From an uncultured Bacilli bacterium (GTDB lineage Bacteria; Bacillota_I; Bacilli_A; RF39; UBA660), in the NCBI GenBank assembly GCA_944358725.1, contig CALVRS010000077.1:1-33113 (forward strand): 33,113 nt of DNA. Reading direction: 5' to 3'. The notes under the pieces were generated by a model. That model did no database searches and was not told the DNA's origin. It was given only the letters and a program-made list of their open reading frames with translations. Shown piece by piece: positions 28,508-33,113 of this stretch; the first letter of the stretch is position 1, and the number at the start of each line of letters is the position of its first letter. A program made the translations under genes and the position numbers.

Positions 28508-28774
28508 TCACTTTAATGTGAACTTTTTTTGTTTTTCTTTTTTATGTTGATAAATATTTACTGAGGCATATATTAAGGAACTACCACTTAAGAAAAATAA
28601 AGCATTATTTGAAGTAATTAAACCCATTGTTAAAGTTATAGGTGCTACAAATAGGGCTAATTTTACATCATTAGTGACTAATTTTATATGCTTATTTAAT
28701 GTATATTTATCATATTTTGTTTGATATATTTTATTTAAGTCGATATTTACTTTTTCTGAATATTTAGGTTTTAT
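28508..28774 (-). CDS. Small membrane protein (88 codons) with ATA at the expected start; possibly a start-loss pseudogene
   Basis: TTGACA-17 nt-TAAAAT promoter, GAAGGGA RBS, then an open frame (I/M)KPKYSEKVNIDL...LALFVAPITLTMGLITSNNALFFLSGSSLIYASVNIY...FTLK ending in TGA at a hairpin. Confidence 0.6.
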   Translation of the reverse strand: MKPKYSEKVNIDLNKIYQTKYDKYTLNKHIKLVTNDVKLALFVAPITLTMGLITSNNALFFLSGSSLIYASVNIYQHKKEKQKKFTLK

Positions 28775-28833
28775 AGTAATCCCTTCTTTCTTTTTTTTGA
28801 TGTATTTTAGCTATTTTTTTATTTTTTGTCAAC

Positions 28834-31800
28834 TTATTTTTTTATGGATTTTTTTATTATTTTTAGCAAGTCTATTAAGTAGTAGATAAAGTGTTTATCT
28901 AATTTTATTATATCTAAGGTTATTACTAATCTTTCAAATTTCATACTAAATCTAAACATTCTAGATAGGTTAGTTGTTTCGAAGAATAGGGTTTCACCAT
29001 CTATTTTATTTGTTAATTCTTTATCTAATGTTATTTCTACTGAATTTTTAGTTTGTCTTATATTTGTGATATTTATTTCTTGAGCCATTTTTTCGAACAA
29101 TTCTTCATGCATGTAGATTATTAAATCTTCTGAAAGTTTACCAAATCTATCTTCTAATTCATGTTTTATTTTATTTAATGATTGATAAGAGTCAATACTA
29201 GATATTTTTTTATGAATTTCTATTTTTAATTCTTCATCGCTGACGAAGTTATCATTTATAGCTGTTGAAACATCGATGAGTGGCATTTTATCTTTTGTTT
29301 CTTCTTCTTTTGGTTTTATTCCTTTTAATTTATCTATTTCTTCATTTAACATTTGCATGAATAGTTCAATACCTATACTATCGATAAACCCAGCTTGCTG
29401 GCTACCTAAGATATCTCCGGCTCCTCTTATGGATAAATCACGCATGGCGATGGCAAAGCCACTTCCTAGTTCAGTGAAATCTTTAATGACTTTTAATCTT
29501 TTTGTTGCTACTTCTGTGAGTATTTTATTTGGTGCATACATTAAGTAACAATAGGCAATTTTATTGCTTCTACCAATTCTTCCTCTTATTTGATAGAGCT
29601 GAGATAGACCAAAGTGATCGGCATCTTTTATTATTAATGTGTTAGCACTTTCTATATCAATACCAGTTTCTATGATAGTAGTACATAGGAGAATATCGTA
29701 TTTTTTATCAGTAAAGTCTATCATAACTTGTTCTAATTCGTTTTTATTCATTTGTCCATGGGCTATTCCTATTTTTGCTTCTGGGACTAATTTTTGAAGT
29801 TCATTTTTTTCATTTTCGATATTTTCTACTCTATTATATAGGACAAATATTTGACCGTTTCTAGCTAATTCTTTATATATGGCATCTTTTATTATTTGTT
29901 TATTTTCAGCGAGGACGTAGGTTTGAATAGGGTAGCGGTCTATTGGTGGGGTTTCAATTAATGAGAGGCTTCTAATACCAGCTATAGACATTTGAAGGGT
30001 TCTTGGAATAGGGGTTGCTGATAAGGTTAAAACATCAATGTTATTTTTATATTTTTTGATTTTTTCTTTATGTTTAACACCAAATCTTTGTTCTTCGTCG
30101 ATGACTAGAAGCCCTAAATCTTTGAATATTACATCGTCTGACAATATTCTATGGGTACCAATAAGCAGATCTATTTGACCTGTTTTTAGTTTTTCTAGAG
30201 TTTCTTTTGTTTCTTTTTGAGAGACAAATCTATTTAAAATGGCAATATCAACTGGAAATGATTTAAATCTTTGAAGTGCATTTTTGAAGTGCTGAGAAGA
30301 TAGTATGGTTGTTGGACATAGAATTGCTGTTTGTTTACCAGACAATATGGCTTTAAATATAGCTCTAAAAGCTACTTCGGTTTTTCCATAACCAACGTCA
30401 CCACAAAGTAGTCTATCCATTGGTTTATTACTTTCCATGTCTTTTTTTATTTTTTCTTTTACTCTTAATTGATCTTTTGTCTCTTCATAATCAAATTCTT
30501 TTTCAAATTCTATTTGTTCTTCGGTATCTTTTGCAAAGGCAAATCCTTTTTTTGACTCTCTTATAGCATACATTTTTAATAAGTCTTCAGCTATATCTTC
30601 AGCGTGTTTTCTGGCTTTAGCTTTTGTTTTTTGCCATTCATGGCTACCTAATTTATTTAATTTTGGTACGATGCCATCTCCAGAGGAGTATTTTGTTATG
30701 AGATCTAATTTTTTAACAGGAATATATAGTTTATCATTATCTTTATAGGTTATAGTTAGATAATCTTTTTTTAAGCCATTTTTGATAATTGTTTTTAAGC
30801 CTTCATATTTGCCAATACCATGAATACCATGAACGACATAATCACCAATTTCTAATTTAGTTATATCTTTTATTCTTGTTCCGTATTTGAATTTTGTTTT
30901 ATAGCTTGTTTCATTTGTTTTATTAAATAATTCTTTTTCAGTTATCACGATATAATTATCTATTTTAAAACCGCTATTTATTTTTTTTATTATGAGATTT
31001 ATTTTATTTGGATATAGATTATTTTCATTAGTGTATGTGATGTTTTTATTTTCTAAATAATCGATTAATTTATTTATTTGATAACGATTATCTAGACATA
31101 TTATGACGATTTTTCCTGTTTTTAAATATTGGTTCAATTTTTCATTGATTTTTTGTGTTTCTTTTGGAAATTGATCAATATCTACTTTATTATAGATTTT
31201 GGCGTTTTTTTGATTATGAAATTCTTCAAATATTATTGGATTTTGATCCATTATTTTATCAAATTCAAACATATATTTTGTGTTTGGATTTTGATTTATA
31301 CTTATGTTATAATTTTTGACTTCTTCTAAAAGAAGATTATAATTGACTATTAATGTATGGTAGTTATTATATATTGTAATTGGATTTTCTAAATAACCTT
31401 TTATATTAGTTATATTTTTTTCAAATTGCATTTCACGATGTTTTGCTTCAAATTTATATTTTTCGAGGATTGTTTCGGTATTTGGATAGATTTCTATTTC
31501 ATTTATTTTTTCGATTGTTAGCTGATTTTCAATATTAAATGTTCTTATAGAATCTATTTCATCTCCCCAAAATTCTATTCTAATAGGATTATCATTATTG
31601 ATTGGAAAAATATCAATTACGTATCCTCTTGTTGCTATTTCTCCGGTCATATTTACGGTTGTTTCTTTTTTATATCCTAGGTTAAATAATTTTTCTACTA
31701 AATTGCTTATTTCAATATTTGTTCCTATTTTTAGTTTTATTTTACTATTTTTAAATTTTTCTTTTGATGGTAAATATCTTAGATAACCCATTAGGTTTGT

Positions 31801-32109
31801 TATTACGATAGCTTTTTTTTCTTTGATTATGGAGTTCATTGTTTCTAATCTTGTTATTTTAAATTCAGGTGATATAGCTATGGCTTCGCTGGTTATGAAA
31901 TCATCCATGGGAAAAAACCATACTTTATCAGTATAGTGGGTTAGGAAATTATAGATTAAACCGGCTTCATGGAGGTTTGATGTAACAAAAATTATGGAGT
32001 TATTTGAATTTTTAAATTTATTATATATATAAATACTTTTTAATTCATTATTAAGGCCGATTATTTCTTTATTTTCTACTTTATCAAATATTTTATCTAG
32101 GAAGCTCAT
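28834..32109 (-). CDS. mfd: Transcription-repair coupling factor
   Basis: RID (GDYVVHGIHGIG), GDVGYGKT, DEEQRFG and QIRGRIGR. Confidence 0.97.
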   Translation of the reverse strand: MSFLDKIFDKVENKEIIGLNNELKSIYIYNKFKNSNNSIIFVTSNLHEAGLIYNFLTHYTDKVWFFPMDDFITSEAIAISPEFKITRLETMNSIIKEKKAIVITNLMGYLRYLPSKEKFKNSKIKLKIGTNIEISNLVEKLFNLGYKKETTVNMTGEIATRGYVIDIFPINNDNPIRIEFWGDEIDSIRTFNIENQLTIEKINEIEIYPNTETILEKYKFEAKHREMQFEKNITNIKGYLENPITIYNNYHTLIVNYNLLLEEVKNYNISINQNPNTKYMFEFDKIMDQNPIIFEEFHNQKNAKIYNKVDIDQFPKETQKINEKLNQYLKTGKIVIICLDNRYQINKLIDYLENKNITYTNENNLYPNKINLIIKKINSGFKIDNYIVITEKELFNKTNETSYKTKFKYGTRIKDITKLEIGDYVVHGIHGIGKYEGLKTIIKNGLKKDYLTITYKDNDKLYIPVKKLDLITKYSSGDGIVPKLNKLGSHEWQKTKAKARKHAEDIAEDLLKMYAIRESKKGFAFAKDTEEQIEFEKEFDYEETKDQLRVKEKIKKDMESNKPMDRLLCGDVGYGKTEVAFRAIFKAILSGKQTAILCPTTILSSQHFKNALQRFKSFPVDIAILNRFVSQKETKETLEKLKTGQIDLLIGTHRILSDDVIFKDLGLLVIDEEQRFGVKHKEKIKKYKNNIDVLTLSATPIPRTLQMSIAGIRSLSLIETPPIDRYPIQTYVLAENKQIIKDAIYKELARNGQIFVLYNRVENIENEKNELQKLVPEAKIGIAHGQMNKNELEQVMIDFTDKKYDILLCTTIIETGIDIESANTLIIKDADHFGLSQLYQIRGRIGRSNKIAYCYLMYAPNKILTEVATKRLKVIKDFTELGSGFAIAMRDLSIRGAGDILGSQQAGFIDSIGIELFMQMLNEEIDKLKGIKPKEEETKDKMPLIDVSTAINDNFVSDEELKIEIHKKISSIDSYQSLNKIKHELEDRFGKLSEDLIIYMHEELFEKMAQEINITNIRQTKNSVEITLDKELTNKIDGETLFFETTNLSRMFRFSMKFERLVITLDIIKLDKHFIYYLIDLLKIIKKSIKK

Positions 32110-32675
32110 TTTAACACTTCCTTATTATATTTATTCATTAGATTATCAAATGATAGATTTAGATAATCTTTTATTATATCATCGGCTTTTTCTGTGACTT
32201 TTTCTAATATTTCTAATTCTTCTTTTGGCATTTGGCCTATGACATAATCTATTTTATCATGATTTTTATTTTTTGAAATACCTATTTTTATTCTTTTATA
32301 TTCATTTGTATGAAGATGATTTTCGATGTTTTTTAAACCATTATGGCCACCTGATGATCCTTTATATTTGAGTTTTATTTGACCTAGATTTGTATCTAAA
32401 TCATCACATATTACTAATATGTCTTCTATGTTTATTTTATAGAATTCTTTAAATTTTATTAGAACCTCACCAGACAAATTCATATATTTTTGGGGTTTTA
32501 ATAAGATTATTTTTTCATTGTTATAATTAAATTCTGTATATAATCCATTAAATTTTTCTTTTGTAAAGTTTAGGTTATTGGCTTTAGCAAATTTATCTAA
32601 AAATTTAAAGCCAGCATTATGTCTTGTGTTTTCATATTCTTTACCAGGGTTACCAAGTCCAACTATTAATTTCAA
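32106..32675 (-). CDS. pth: Peptidyl-tRNA hydrolase
   Basis: LIVGLGNPG, TRHNAG, YMNLSG and GGHNG; TTG start after AGGTGA. Confidence 0.95.
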   Translation of the reverse strand: MKLIVGLGNPGKEYENTRHNAGFKFLDKFAKANNLNFTKEKFNGLYTEFNYNNEKIILLKPQKYMNLSGEVLIKFKEFYKINIEDILVICDDLDTNLGQIKLKYKGSSGGHNGLKNIENHLHTNEYKRIKIGISKNKNHDKIDYVIGQMPKEELEILEKVTEKADDIIKDYLNLSFDNLMNKYNKEVLK

Positions 32676-32750
32676 GTTAATCACCTTCTTTTTCTTAGCA
32701 ATAATATTATAGCACATTTTAATTTAGATAGTCATTTTTATTATTTATGA

Positions 32751-33113
<363 letters not shown>

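Noticed and set aside
1833-31786. Numerous short ORFs overlapping large genes (e.g. 1833..2405, 9067..9546, 14694..15074, 25052..25348, 29276..29548)
   Set aside because: They are antisense or off-frame shadows of well-conserved genes, with no recognisable motifs.

Overview
Very AT-rich chromosomal window from a Bacillota genome using the standard code (TGA is a stop). It resembles reduced gut Bacilli of the RF39 type (inference). The mostly minus-strand backbone is housekeeping: pth-mfd...spoVT-[T-box]-dut-metG...tatD-yabE-like-[vanY/R/S-like]-ksgA-ung-tilS-ftsH...soj-spo0J-mscS-DUF951-abgT-GH25-ychF, interrupted by small accessory inserts. Most notable: (1) two exported-protein paralogs share an N-terminal module (AATYF.S..VTYDNT.SGLQSTNVQGAIDELYN.C) but have unrelated C-termini (47-aa tandem repeats vs a DUF6273/CLec-like domain). 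Each lies head-to-head with a small DNA-binding gene (RHH or XRE). (2) A Met-specifier T-box precedes dUTPase-metG and has an atypical expression platform with no canonical terminator. (3) FtsH carries a C-terminal Rho_N-like module. (4) An AAA_14/DUF4143 ATPase has a promoter bracketed by two identical 34-bp repeats. (5) spoVT has a near-consensus sigma-G promoter. There is also a doubly broken J-domain pseudogene and several small ORFs missed by the ORF track. No RNA genes, transposase, integrase, reverse transcriptase or CRISPR array were seen. All family assignments come from motif recognition, not database searches.
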